A stretch of 64,000 nt of DNA from Bacteroidota bacterium (GCA_026391835.1 JAPLDF010000075.1:384422-448421), one strand, 5' to 3'. Numbered from the stretch's first letter, positions 44,459 through 54,350 are shown. Notes: a model not told the origin generated them from the sequence alone. Numbers and translations are program-made.

Positions 44459-46099
44459 ATGAGTTATCACCTGCTATTTTCATCGTTGCTCTTCGTATGG
44501 CTGTTCAATGTAAACCCTCAGATGAAAGAAAAAGCTGACCTGGTTGTCAAAAACGGCATCATATACACCGCAGACCCTGTCAATTCCCGGGCTGAAGCCA
44601 TGGCGATTCACGATGGAACAATCGTTGCAATTGGGACAAACAAATCAATTTCAGGGCACTACGATGCTACAAGGGTAATTGACGCGAAGGGAAAATACAT
44701 TTATCCCGGATTTATTGATGCACATTGCCATTTTATTGGTTATGCTGCCGGGTTGCAGTATGTTGACCTGTTCGGTTGTAAATCATTTGATGAAGTTCTT
44801 GAACGTTTAAGGAAAGCAGGGGCACCGTTTCCCGGGAAATGGCTTGTAGGCAGGGGATGGGACCAGAATCTGTGGGAGGAAAAGAATTTTCCCGACAACA
44901 GCCGGCTGAATGCCGCATACCCCGATATCCCCGTCATGCTGATCAGGGTTGACGGCCATGTGGTCCTGGCAAACCGGGAGGCATTGAGAAGAGCAGGGAT
45001 AGGTTTAATCAACCGGTTTGGCGAAGCGCAGGTCGCAATAAAAGAGGGCAGCTTGACGGGAATCTTAAGCGAATCGGCAGCAGATCTCATGCGCGAAACT
45101 GTTCCTGCTCCAAAAGGCGCGGAAATGCTTGGCCTTTTAAAACGTGCTGAACAGCAATGCTTCGCTGTTGGTCTTACCCTGGTATGTGATGCCGGGCTTG
45201 ACTACCTGCAGGTGATGACAATTGATTCGCTCCAGAAGTGTGGGCAGCTGAAAATGCAGGTCTATGCAATGCTGACGCCAAATGAAAAGAACATCAATGC
45301 GTTTGTCAAAGAAGGTCCGTATAAAACGGGTAAACTGGTTGTTCGGTCAATTAAAATCTACGCGGATGGCAGCCTGGGCAGCAGGACTGCAAAGTTGAAG
45401 CTTCCCTATTCGGATGCCTCTTCCGTATCAGGGATCGTGGTAACTTCGCCTGACTCAATCAGAAAGTTATGTGAAATTGCCTATAAATATGGTTACCAGG
45501 TTAATACACATTGCATCGGAGATTCGGCAAACAGTCTTGTCCTGGGGATATACGGATCATTTTTGAAAGGCCGCAATGACCTGCGTTGGAGGATTGAACA
45601 TGCCCAGGTGGTTGATCCTGCCGATGTCCACCTGTTTGGCGATTATTCTGTCATCCCTTCCGTCCAGGCCACACACGCCACGTCGGACATGAAATGGGCG
45701 CAGGATCGGCTCGGGCCTGTGCGGATCCGGGGGGCATATGCATACAAAAGCCTGATGCAACAGAACGGATGGATTGCCAACGGAACGGATTTCCCTATTG
45801 AAAATATTTCCCCGGTTTTTACCTTTTATGCCGCTGTTGCACGGCGGGACATGGATGGATTCCCGGAGGGCGGCTATATGATGGAGAACGCATTGACGCG
45901 TGAGGATGCATTACGCTCCATCACAATTTGGGCAGCAAAAGCGGGCTTTATGGAACATTCAAAAGGAAGCCTGGAGATAGGGAAGGATGCTGATTTTATC
46001 ATCCTCAGTGAGGATATTATGAATATTCCGGCTCGTAAAATTCCTGAAGTCAAAGTTTTGCAGACTATTATCGGTGGCGAGGCAGTGTTGAGCAAATAA
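44459..46099 (+). CDS. secreted metal-dependent amidohydrolase (Amidohydro_3-type)
   Basis: 546 aa with a signal peptide. GFIDAHCHF metal-binding motif; later HCIGD and a C-terminal GKDADFIIL. Confidence 0.8.
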   Translation: MSYHLLFSSLLFVWLFNVNPQMKEKADLVVKNGIIYTADPVNSRAEAMAIHDGTIVAIGTNKSISGHYDATRVIDAKGKYIYPGFIDAHCHFIGYAAGLQYVDLFGCKSFDEVLERLRKAGAPFPGKWLVGRGWDQNLWEEKNFPDNSRLNAAYPDIPVMLIRVDGHVVLANREALRRAGIGLINRFGEAQVAIKEGSLTGILSESAADLMRETVPAPKGAEMLGLLKRAEQQCFAVGLTLVCDAGLDYLQVMTIDSLQKCGQLKMQVYAMLTPNEKNINAFVKEGPYKTGKLVVRSIKIYADGSLGSRTAKLKLPYSDASSVSGIVVTSPDSIRKLCEIAYKYGYQVNTHCIGDSANSLVLGIYGSFLKGRNDLRWRIEHAQVVDPADVHLFGDYSVIPSVQATHATSDMKWAQDRLGPVRIRGAYAYKSLMQQNGWIANGTDFPIENISPVFTFYAAVARRDMDGFPEGGYMMENALTREDALRSITIWAAKAGFMEHSKGSLEIGKDADFIILSEDIMNIPARKIPEVKVLQTIIGGEAVLSK

Positions 46100-46160
46100 A
46101 AAACGAGACTGCAAAAGGTGCAGCCTCGTTTAATTCATGGCCTGTCTTTGAAGGATACTT

Positions 46161-47975
46161 TTAATTTTTCTCCAGCCTTGATATCAACATTTTATCTCCC
46201 CTGGTTGTTTCGCTAAAAAAATAGAGGTAGCTATTGGTTGATAATACATTATGGCTGGGATAAAGATAATATTTCCTGTTTTCATCCTCACCAAGTGTTT
46301 TAAAGTCTGATGCCTTTTTACTTTGCACGTCGATATTGCCATATTCAATGGAGTACAGCGGGGTATACGTGGTGGTGGTCGTAGTTGTGCCACTGAAATA
46401 ATCATGATCGGAACTTGACTCCTTTTCAATGGCCTTGACAATATGCAGGATCCAGTTTAATTTGGTTTTATCTTCACTTTCGTAAACGGCACTGCTGGTA
46501 GGGATCATGTCGGAAGTTAATGGTGAATGGTTGAAAAATCCCTTTTTCCCTTTCTGATCAATGCTGACCGTATAGTTTTTGATCAGCTCCCCCTGCTGTG
46601 TAAAATGCAGCAAAAACATGCCCTTATAAATGTAGGGGCGGTATTCTGATTTGCTTTTTTTAAAGTCCTGGATACTCAGTACAATGCTTTTATCACTTAG
46701 AAAATCAACATTGGAAACTGTAAACATTTTACCATCGAATTTTAATGGTTTTTTCATGTCGGGAGGACAAACAGCTTTTTCATTAACTTCATCGATTTCT
46801 GTTATTTTACTGCCAACTTTCCCGTCTGTGAGTTTGCAGAAAACAAATGAATTATAGGTTAACAAATCCAGTCCTTCGTCAATTTTTTCTTGCGTTACGC
46901 CAACTTCATCTTTGCCTGAAAGGGAGGCACCAAGCTTGGCGAATCCGCCAAATGCCCCGGCTTTCGAAGTGTTCGCCTGTGCCTGGTCTTCAGCATCGTT
47001 GCTGGTTGTGGCAACACATCCCGTTTTAAAGATCTGGTTGACGAATTTACTCTCCTTACCGCTGCCCATTCCATAAATTAGCACGGAATTATCTTTTTCA
47101 TAGGCATCGATGATGCGCCATCCAACGGTTGGTGCCGAAAACTTTACACGTTCCGTTATTTTTCCTTCCGGTGTTATCCTGAGGTACTCAAATCCATGTG
47201 CGTCGGGGGCCGTGTTGTTTTTCACCACATTGGTGGGTGCATAAATCAGGATCCAATCCCTGGGCAAATCGTCGTTTTCAATAGATTCGCTCTGGTCATC
47301 CTTTAACGGTTGAGAATAAACACAGGTCATGGAATAGGGGAATTCAACTTTTTCAAGTACGGTGATGTTGAGTTCGTTGTCACTTTTCAACAAGTCGAAA
47401 CTGCCGTATAATTTGTCCTTTGGATCTGCTGCATTGAGGGCCATCACCAAAATGGTACTGTCGCGCTCTATTTCATACACACCGCCAAAAAATTTATATT
47501 TTTTCCCACTTTCATTGCGTGGCTTCACTTTATCAAGCATCTTGACTTTCCTTTCATATTGACCGGTCCACCAGTTATATTTGGCAGTGATCCTTTTTTT
47601 TCTGAATACCAGGTCCGCTGAATAATTGGCGGATGCAGATATATTATTGGCTAAAAAATAGTCGCCCTTGTAATTGAACCATTTCCATTTTTTCCTGGCT
47701 TTTTCAATTTCAAGTTCATCCTTTTCAACATTCAGCAGGGTGGCTTCTTTATCAAAATGGTAAATTTCCGATTTGATTTTACGCTGGGAGGAGGGCAGGA
47801 TGAAGATCATATCGAAATTCCCGCCTTCTTTTTCTTCGACATTTCCCAGGTATCCTTTTTTTGCCTTCCTTGATATTTCATAATCTTTTTCCAACATCAT
47901 TTTTTGTGCAAAAACAGATGTTAAATTACTGAGAATTAGAAAAATAATTGCAGTTAAGTAGTTGGTGTGTTTCAT
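46161..47975 (-). CDS. hypothetical secreted protein
   Basis: 604 aa with a signal peptide (MKHTNYLTAIIFLILSNLTSVFAQ). Lysine-rich; no motif recognised. Confidence 0.6.
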   Translation of the reverse strand: MKHTNYLTAIIFLILSNLTSVFAQKMMLEKDYEISRKAKKGYLGNVEEKEGGNFDMIFILPSSQRKIKSEIYHFDKEATLLNVEKDELEIEKARKKWKWFNYKGDYFLANNISASANYSADLVFRKKRITAKYNWWTGQYERKVKMLDKVKPRNESGKKYKFFGGVYEIERDSTILVMALNAADPKDKLYGSFDLLKSDNELNITVLEKVEFPYSMTCVYSQPLKDDQSESIENDDLPRDWILIYAPTNVVKNNTAPDAHGFEYLRITPEGKITERVKFSAPTVGWRIIDAYEKDNSVLIYGMGSGKESKFVNQIFKTGCVATTSNDAEDQAQANTSKAGAFGGFAKLGASLSGKDEVGVTQEKIDEGLDLLTYNSFVFCKLTDGKVGSKITEIDEVNEKAVCPPDMKKPLKFDGKMFTVSNVDFLSDKSIVLSIQDFKKSKSEYRPYIYKGMFLLHFTQQGELIKNYTVSIDQKGKKGFFNHSPLTSDMIPTSSAVYESEDKTKLNWILHIVKAIEKESSSDHDYFSGTTTTTTTYTPLYSIEYGNIDVQSKKASDFKTLGEDENRKYYLYPSHNVLSTNSYLYFFSETTRGDKMLISRLEKN

Positions 47976-48137
47976 GTTTTGAGTTTTTGAAATAGTTTTG
48001 AAGAATAAATTAATTTAACATAAAGTCATAGGTATAAACCGTTAAAAAATCCCACATAGCATACCAATGCTGCAAATGCGGACGTTGCCAACAGTTTATT
48101 TAGACAAAATTAACTTAATATTTGAAAATACCAACTA

Positions 48138-49460
48138 TTAACCCGAGAAATTTCCGTTTTTTTCCCGGTTGTCGATGAATTTGACAGGTTTCCGGCTGAT
48201 TTCAGGAAACTGCATTTTTTGAATTGTGCTTTCGGAAGCAAAGGTGATCAATGGGGCTACACGCAATTTTGCACGGAAATGGTCTTTGATGTCCTTCTCT
48301 TTTTCTTCGCCAATTCCTTTACCACTCAAGTGCATGAGAATTTCGTCGGTACCGATCTGGTTTGTATATACCTCAACAATGTAATTTGAAATGTAGTCGA
48401 TGTTGTCAAGAATATCATAGAGGGCGGGAGGGAACAAGGTGGTTCCTTTGTATTTGATCATCTGGTTCTTTCTGCCTACAACCGGGCCGAGCCGCATGGT
48501 GTTTCTGCCGCAGGGGCAGGGACTTGTAAAATGGTGGCAAACATCGCCTGTTTTAAACCGAAGAAGGGGCATTCCTTTCACACCCAGGGTGGTAACGGTA
48601 ACTTCGCCAAGTTCACCTTCTCTGACGGGCATGTTGTTATCATCCAGGAATTCAACAATAATCAGTTCCGGGTGATGATGCCCTCCGGTACCTTGCCGGC
48701 ATTCGGTAAATGTTGTGCCCATTTCGGTGGATGCATAGGTGGAAAACAGCTGGAGGGGCCATTTTTCCTCAATTTTTCTTCCCAGGGTATTGAGCGAAAG
48801 ATCGCTTTTCCGCAAAGGTTCACCGATGCAAATGGCACTTTTGATGCTGCTCGACCTGTAATCGATGCCTTGTTGCTCGGCATATTCAATGATCTTCAGG
48901 ATAAAGGAGGGGACGGCAATGATGGCATTGGGTTTGATCCTTTGAATTGTATCCCACTGAAGTTCGGGTATCCCGTTGCCCACCCTGACAACGCTTGCAC
49001 CAAGCATCCTGATTCCCAGGAAATAAGCCAGACCTGCCATAAACCGCCGGTCCATGGTGGTCATCAGCTGATAAACATCCGATTCACTTCCGCCTGCACA
49101 CGTAAAGGAGACTGCCTCATTGTAAGCAAGCCGGTCCAGGTCGAGATCGGTCATGGCAAAGGTTACTGGTTCACCCGATGTTCCTGAGGTGGTGATATAA
49201 TCGATAATTTTATTTTTTGAAACACACAGGAAATCCTCATTCCGTTGTTGCAGGTCATCTTTTGTGGTGACCGGGATACGCACAAGGTCCGCCACAGTTT
49301 TAATTTCACGGATATCAATATGATTTTTGTTAAACAGGTCTCCATAGAATGGAGAATTGGCCTTGAGATATCCGAGTGCATCGTGTAGCCTTAAGTTTTG
49401 ATATGCAGCAATATCCGAAAGTTGTTCACATTCAATTGGCGGAAAAAAGGGTGTGTTCAT
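48138..49460 (-). CDS. PaaK / coenzyme F390 synthetase-like adenylate-forming ligase
   Basis: 440 aa: TSGTSGEPVTF (adenylation P-loop-like), YASTEMG, and GDV...C-x-CGR near the C-terminal domain. Confidence 0.75.
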   Translation of the reverse strand: MNTPFFPPIECEQLSDIAAYQNLRLHDALGYLKANSPFYGDLFNKNHIDIREIKTVADLVRIPVTTKDDLQQRNEDFLCVSKNKIIDYITTSGTSGEPVTFAMTDLDLDRLAYNEAVSFTCAGGSESDVYQLMTTMDRRFMAGLAYFLGIRMLGASVVRVGNGIPELQWDTIQRIKPNAIIAVPSFILKIIEYAEQQGIDYRSSSIKSAICIGEPLRKSDLSLNTLGRKIEEKWPLQLFSTYASTEMGTTFTECRQGTGGHHHPELIIVEFLDDNNMPVREGELGEVTVTTLGVKGMPLLRFKTGDVCHHFTSPCPCGRNTMRLGPVVGRKNQMIKYKGTTLFPPALYDILDNIDYISNYIVEVYTNQIGTDEILMHLSGKGIGEEKEKDIKDHFRAKLRVAPLITFASESTIQKMQFPEISRKPVKFIDNREKNGNFSG

Positions 49461-49668
49461 GTTTCTGTAATAAGTTTAAAATCAATCCAGAGGTCAGATG
49501 CTCCCTCAATTCGAGTTCAAGGCTCCTGCGTTTATAAACATAATCATCCATGTAGTTGGCCGAAATGTAAGATCCTATCAGCATAGGTCCGTATTTTCCG
49601 GCATCTTTTTCAACAAAGAGGATCACCTGTTATGCCGGATAATCCACGAAACCTTCTTTCTCCTTCAT
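49432..49668 (-). other. small ORF interrupted by an in-frame TAA (possible decayed gene or GTG-initiated 64-aa ORF)
   Basis: The minus strand reads ATG(49668) MKEKEGFVDYPA, then TAA (49630-49632), then in frame Q-V(GTG 49626)ILFVEKDAGKYGPMLIGSYISANYMDDYVYKRRSLELELREHL... It overlaps the ligase start. Confidence 0.3.
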
Positions 49669-49717
49669 GGGGTGCAACCGTTATTTCCGCTTTAGCATGA
49701 AGCAAAAGTAGGAAGAT

Positions 49718-50570
49718 TCAGCCAATCTTCCGGGCTTCGATCAGGCTGACAGGTGCAATAGTCGGTATTATCCTGTTCATCATGAACCCCGAATGTTCCA
49801 GCAGATCCCTGTATTCAGCGGCTGTCCGTTCTTTTGCTCCCTGCAGCGTTGCCATCATCTGGATATCAAGCAATTTGGCGAGTGATGGCGAATTGCCTGA
49901 CGGAACAACCATTTCGATGATCAGCACGGAGGCGCCGGGTTTCATATCCTCCTCCGATATCCGCGATCAGCGGAAATTTTGAAAAATCACAGGCATTGAG
50001 AATGGGTGCAAGCCCGAGATCGGAAAGATTGGACATGGATTTATCGAAAAGGGCATATTCCCCGGGATGGTCTTTGAGAAACAAATAAATCTCTTTTCCA
50101 TATTTATCAGCAAATGCATCTTTTCCTGTCCTGACGGCATATTCCAGGTTGCTCATCAGGTTCCAGTTGACAGGGCCCAGGTGATGGAGTATCGCATGAC
50201 GCATAGAACCCGGCTCGTCAAGAAGGGCCCTGGTCATCCTGTTCAGGGCAAAACGCCCGCCGCGCTTCTCTGTAAAAATTCCCTGGCTGGAAAGGGCTCT
50301 CAGTATCCGTGAAATGTTGGAAGTGTCAAGGTTAAGGTGTTTTGAGATTTCCTCTGCAGTTAATGGCTTGTCCTTAAGGAGTGTGGCGATATCAAGTTTG
50401 GCAGCAACGTACATGGCCGGCATAAGCCAGAAATACTGAAACTGTTCATACAGTACGACATTCCCGGGGAACAGCCTCTTGTTCAGCTGAATTAAAAAAG
50501 TCCGGAAAGTGTTGATGGCTTTAATGAACCAAACGGGCGGAAGTTTTTGAATGCGCGGTGGTTTTGCCAT
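49718..50570 (-). pseudogene. class I SAM-dependent O-methyltransferase (family 2 type) remnant with internal deletion and frameshift
   Basis: ORF 49866-50570 encodes the dimerisation/wHTH N-domain up to the SAM motif I (LIADIGGG) and then runs into nonsense. ORF 49718-49945, in another frame, begins at the post-motif region (MKPGASVLIIEMVVP...) and ends like an O-MT C-terminus. The roughly 90 residues normally lying between these are absent. Confidence 0.7.
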
Positions 50571-50590
50571 GGGAAACAGCGCTCGTCAAT

Positions 50591-52378
50591 CTATCGGACA
50601 GGCAGGTTTTTCAGCTGGACCTCAAATTTTTCAAGATCTGCGATCAGCTTTGATTTTTTATCCTGGAAGTTCAGTTTGACGGTTGAAAACAGCTCTTTAT
50701 AATACTGAATGCCTTTGCCAAGATTATCCCTGAAGGTAGTAAAATACTCCTCCTGTTTTTCTGACCATGGGTGCGCAGTTTCATCGAGCTTGCTTTTGAG
50801 GTAATCAATGTATATCATCAGTTCCTTGATGAACATGTGGGGGCGGTCTTTTCGTTTTATGACATTGATTTTACCGTAAATATGATCAACCATCTCCTTC
50901 AGCGTCATCACTTCGGAAAAATAGGCCATGTTGGGGCCCGGGCAAACTGAAACGCCTGGTTTTTCTATCCTGGTATCAAGGTGGTTTACCAGCAGGGCAG
51001 AAGTTCCAAGGCCGACACAGATGCACGATTTGTCAACCACTTTATTGTATTCAGCCTGAAATTCATCCTCAGGCAACCCACTGGCTTTTAATGAATCAAT
51101 TTTCAGTTTCTGGTATTTCCTGGAAGCAGTGCAAAGCGTTGGTTCCCCAAATTCGTTGCTCAGTGCCGCATATTTTTTAGGGCAGGGGTTGCCGGGGGTA
51201 TGATGTTGAATATATACCTCTTTTTCAATGTCTTTGGTATTACCTCTCAGGTTATTGAATGGAACACCAAGCGGGCTGATGTTGCTGATGAACAGGTCTT
51301 CTTCCTTGGCCTTACATAAAAGTTCGAGCGTTTTTTCATCAACGTTTACCACTTCAGGAACAAGCAGGAATGGTGTGCCCCAGCCAATGGAGTCAAGTTG
51401 ATAATGTTCGGTGAGAAACTGATGTTCTTCAGCTGTTCCCACGCCACCCTGGGCAGTAATTTTAATATCAAGAGGTTCTTCCGGGCAGGGACGGTTTTTA
51501 GCTTTGAGAGCTGTCTTCAATAAGGTAAACGTTTGCTGGATGAGGTCCTCACGGTTGCGATTGATCTCTTCGAGCACCGGACCAAGCAGGAAACCGGTTG
51601 TCGGAAAAGCATGGCCACCACAATTCAGGCCTGATTCGATACGGTATTCAGAAACCCATAGTCCTTTTTTTGCAAGGTACTTTCCCTGGATCAGTGCCGA
51701 CCTGTGGTCACTCACCTTCAGGGTAATTTTTTTCTTTAACCTGAAATCCTTGTCTGGATAAAATTCATCAAAGGTTTCAAGATAATTATATAAACGGGGA
51801 CTCATCCCGGCCGATAAAATAACCGACGAGGAGAGGTCGCTGTTGACAAATCCACGCAAAGCCGCATGGCCGTCATTGTATTCGATAGGAAGTTTTTCGT
51901 GATTGCGGTAATTTTCCTTGTCAACCTTGGTCATGATGTTCACATCAATGTTTCCCAGGGAAAGATTTTCATGGATCCATTCCTTCACATCGAGTTTGTC
52001 CCAATCTTTTTTAAGCCGTTCAAATTTTTGCTTCACATGAGACGAATCGTGAAGCATTTCAATATATTTTGAAAATTCACTGCTTTTTTGATCAAATGTT
52101 GATTTTAGCTCCTCAAACTTATCCCTGGCTATCTTGTCCATCATATTCAGATAGGCAGTGATGCGTTTTGCCCTGAAATCGTCAATTTTTTCAGAAATAG
52201 CCTGGAAAGGAAGGTCGAATTTTTTGCTGTAGAATTCTCTGAGTCGTTCCATCAGCATATCGTCCAGCAATGAAATCACAGAGGAGATTCCGAGGTGGGC
52301 CACCTTTACGGGTGTATCAATTGAATAACCAATTCCCAATACAGGAATATGGAAAGAATGAGGGGTCTCTTTATTCAT
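50591..52378 (-). CDS. hypothetical 595-aa protein, possibly a TIM-barrel flavoenzyme-like fold
   Basis: Start trimmed to M34 of the ORF (MNKETPHSFHIPVLGIGYSIDTPVKV). The internal strings ESGLNCGGHAF and ITAQGGVGTAEEHQFL...GWGTPFLLVPE resemble, by eye only, phosphate-binding segments of FMN TIM barrels (glutamate-synthase / NMO / PfaD-ER type). Confidence 0.55.
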   Translation of the reverse strand: MNKETPHSFHIPVLGIGYSIDTPVKVAHLGISSVISLLDDMLMERLREFYSKKFDLPFQAISEKIDDFRAKRITAYLNMMDKIARDKFEELKSTFDQKSSEFSKYIEMLHDSSHVKQKFERLKKDWDKLDVKEWIHENLSLGNIDVNIMTKVDKENYRNHEKLPIEYNDGHAALRGFVNSDLSSSVILSAGMSPRLYNYLETFDEFYPDKDFRLKKKITLKVSDHRSALIQGKYLAKKGLWVSEYRIESGLNCGGHAFPTTGFLLGPVLEEINRNREDLIQQTFTLLKTALKAKNRPCPEEPLDIKITAQGGVGTAEEHQFLTEHYQLDSIGWGTPFLLVPEVVNVDEKTLELLCKAKEEDLFISNISPLGVPFNNLRGNTKDIEKEVYIQHHTPGNPCPKKYAALSNEFGEPTLCTASRKYQKLKIDSLKASGLPEDEFQAEYNKVVDKSCICVGLGTSALLVNHLDTRIEKPGVSVCPGPNMAYFSEVMTLKEMVDHIYGKINVIKRKDRPHMFIKELMIYIDYLKSKLDETAHPWSEKQEEYFTTFRDNLGKGIQYYKELFSTVKLNFQDKKSKLIADLEKFEVQLKNLPVR

Positions 52379-52397
52379 TGTTAGGGTTAAGGAATTG

Positions 52398-52405
52398 CAA
52401 ATATA
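52398..52405 (-). promoter_or_regulatory. -7 promoter box (TATATTTG on the minus strand)
   Basis: Matches TAnnTTTG; lies 19 nt upstream of the ATG at 52378. Confidence 0.45.
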
Positions 52406-52541
52406 CGGCTTTTTATCCACAATCGGAATTACGGGTAAGTCATCATAAATTCGCCTGCGGCAATAGCATTCAAGCAAGATAAAAGGGTGAGTTCCGATAG
52501 GAGTGTTAAGCTGTGGGGGAGAAAACCGGTCGGCGAAAAGA

Positions 52542-52928
52542 TCAGGCTTCCATCATTTCATCCACCTGTTCGGGAAGGAGCCTGGACCAGGTGGGATTAA
52601 CAAGTGCCTTACCATCGACATTAAACGTCACAAGGTCAAAGGTCTCACCATAAAAGGTGAGTTTGCTCCCCATATCAGGTGTGTGTTCAATAAATATAAA
52701 TTTTTCTGCAGGGCACCGGAGCTCGCTCATGATCTGGGTTGCCAGCGGGGCGCACCATTCTGTCACAGGTGTCCCGGGATTTTGCCGGTAGATCTCGGTA
52801 GCTATGGCCAGTATTTTGCCATCATTCCGGTTTATTACCTTTAAGCCGCAGATGGATGGACTGTCCCATTGTCCGGAGTAGGTGAAATAGCGGTCCATGT
52901 ATTTGTTGAAGTCGGGATTGGTCTCCAT
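52542..52928 (-). CDS. hypothetical 128-aa cytoplasmic protein
   Basis: ORF with no signal peptide and no recognised motif. It lies 47 nt downstream of the radical SAM gene. Confidence 0.5.
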   Translation of the reverse strand: METNPDFNKYMDRYFTYSGQWDSPSICGLKVINRNDGKILAIATEIYRQNPGTPVTEWCAPLATQIMSELRCPAEKFIFIEHTPDMGSKLTFYGETFDLVTFNVDGKALVNPTWSRLLPEQVDEMMEA

Positions 52929-52975
52929 AAGTTAAAAAGCGAAATGGTGAAAAAGCGAAAGGATGAAATAATATG

Positions 52976-54247
52976 TCAGACAAGTTTAGGGACTTTTTTT
53001 CCAAAGCTGAGATCGGCGATGTCGCGCCGGCGGGGGGTATATGTACCGTCTGCAATTTCCCTGGAAACCACCTTGTTGATCAGGTTAAACATCTTCATTG
53101 TCTGAGGTTCATCCTTATAGAAGGTATCCCATGCATACTGGTAGAGTTCAGTCAGTCTTTCGGCCGACATGTGCTTGGGATGGTATACGACTTTCCCTGC
53201 ATTATAGTGGTTCCAGTCTGTATCAAAAATGCGTCCCTGTTTCAGAAGGTCGCTGTAGGCCTTTGTGTGGGGAAAGGGGGCAAGCACCGTGAACTCAGCC
53301 AGGTCAAGTTCAATTTCGAGGAGGAAGTCAACCAGCCGCTTGATATCATCTTCGGTCTGGTTGTCAAGCCCCAGTAAAATTGTGCCTTCAACGGCAATGC
53401 CGTACTGGTGATATTGCTTAATGCGGTTCTTTATGTAATCAGACGTATCAAACACTGCCTGATATACATACCATGCGCCTGCCTGGGCAGCTAAATCAAG
53501 TACCTCGTCTTTGTCTTCAATGGTGTGGCTCACCCATTTCTTTTTTAATGGGATCATCTCCCTGAAAAGATCCTTTTCCCATTGGGTATCGAGGGCAAGC
53601 GAGTTATCAACGATGAACAGGCGGTTGTTGTCCATTTGTGACAGTTCTTCCACAACACGGTCGATCGGGCGGGGGCGGAAGCCCCTTCCTCCAAGGTAGC
53701 GCACGGCGCAGGGATAGCAATCGTAAATACATCCACGGGAGGCGTGGAAGAGATCGACCATTCGGAATCCTTTGTGATAGTAAAGGTCTTTTTTAAGGAT
53801 ATCCCTTTTGGCCGGCCCGATAAGGCTCATATCGGGAGGTTTGCTCATGAAATTATAGATCTTTTTCAGGTCATTCTTATGAAAATCCTGGAAGACCTGG
53901 TCCAGCCGGCCTTCAACTTCACCAAGGAAGACCGAATCGGCATGCATCATGGTCTCTTCGGCATGCAACATGGTGGAGATACCGCCGAAAATAACTTTCT
54001 TGCCGAGTTTACGGTACTGGTCTGCAATTTCCCAGCCACGTTTGACCTGTGTGGTCAGCATCATCGAAATTCCTACAAAGTCAGGACTTTCGTCAATTAC
54101 CAGGTCTTCGACATTTTCGTCGGTAAAGTCGATTTCGATGTTGTGAGGGATTTCAGCAGCCATTACCACCGGTCCGTGTGGCGGCAGGTTAAATATGGTT
54201 TGTCCCTCAAGTTTTTCCCAGCGGGGATATATCAATTTGAATTTCAT
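52976..54247 (-). CDS. B12-binding-domain radical SAM enzyme (class B)
   Basis: 423 aa. N-terminal cobalamin-binding-like Rossmann segment (DFVGISMMLTTQ...KVIFGGISTM), then SRGCIYDCYPCAV (CxxxCxxC). Confidence 0.8.
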   Translation of the reverse strand: MKFKLIYPRWEKLEGQTIFNLPPHGPVVMAAEIPHNIEIDFTDENVEDLVIDESPDFVGISMMLTTQVKRGWEIADQYRKLGKKVIFGGISTMLHAEETMMHADSVFLGEVEGRLDQVFQDFHKNDLKKIYNFMSKPPDMSLIGPAKRDILKKDLYYHKGFRMVDLFHASRGCIYDCYPCAVRYLGGRGFRPRPIDRVVEELSQMDNNRLFIVDNSLALDTQWEKDLFREMIPLKKKWVSHTIEDKDEVLDLAAQAGAWYVYQAVFDTSDYIKNRIKQYHQYGIAVEGTILLGLDNQTEDDIKRLVDFLLEIELDLAEFTVLAPFPHTKAYSDLLKQGRIFDTDWNHYNAGKVVYHPKHMSAERLTELYQYAWDTFYKDEPQTMKMFNLINKVVSREIADGTYTPRRRDIADLSFGKKVPKLV

Positions 54248-54342
54248 TTGTCGGTTGTTTGTTGTTTACTGCCCCGGCAGGGCCGTGCCTGATAACCGTT
54301 TCACCTCACAAATGTTCAGCATTCACCGGATTGGCAGCGCGG

Positions 54343-54350
54343 CAAAGTTA
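54343..54350 (-). promoter_or_regulatory. -7 promoter box (TAACTTTG on the minus strand)
   Basis: Matches TAnnTTTG; lies about 95 nt upstream of the radical SAM ATG, within the 170-nt spacer. Confidence 0.4.

Noticed and set aside
52413-52421. Perfect DnaA box TTATCCACA, as a possible origin of replication
   Set aside because: It is a single copy with no cluster of boxes, no adjacent AT-rich unwinding element pattern and no dnaA/dnaN nearby. A single 9-mer match in 128 kb of two-strand sequence is near chance expectation.
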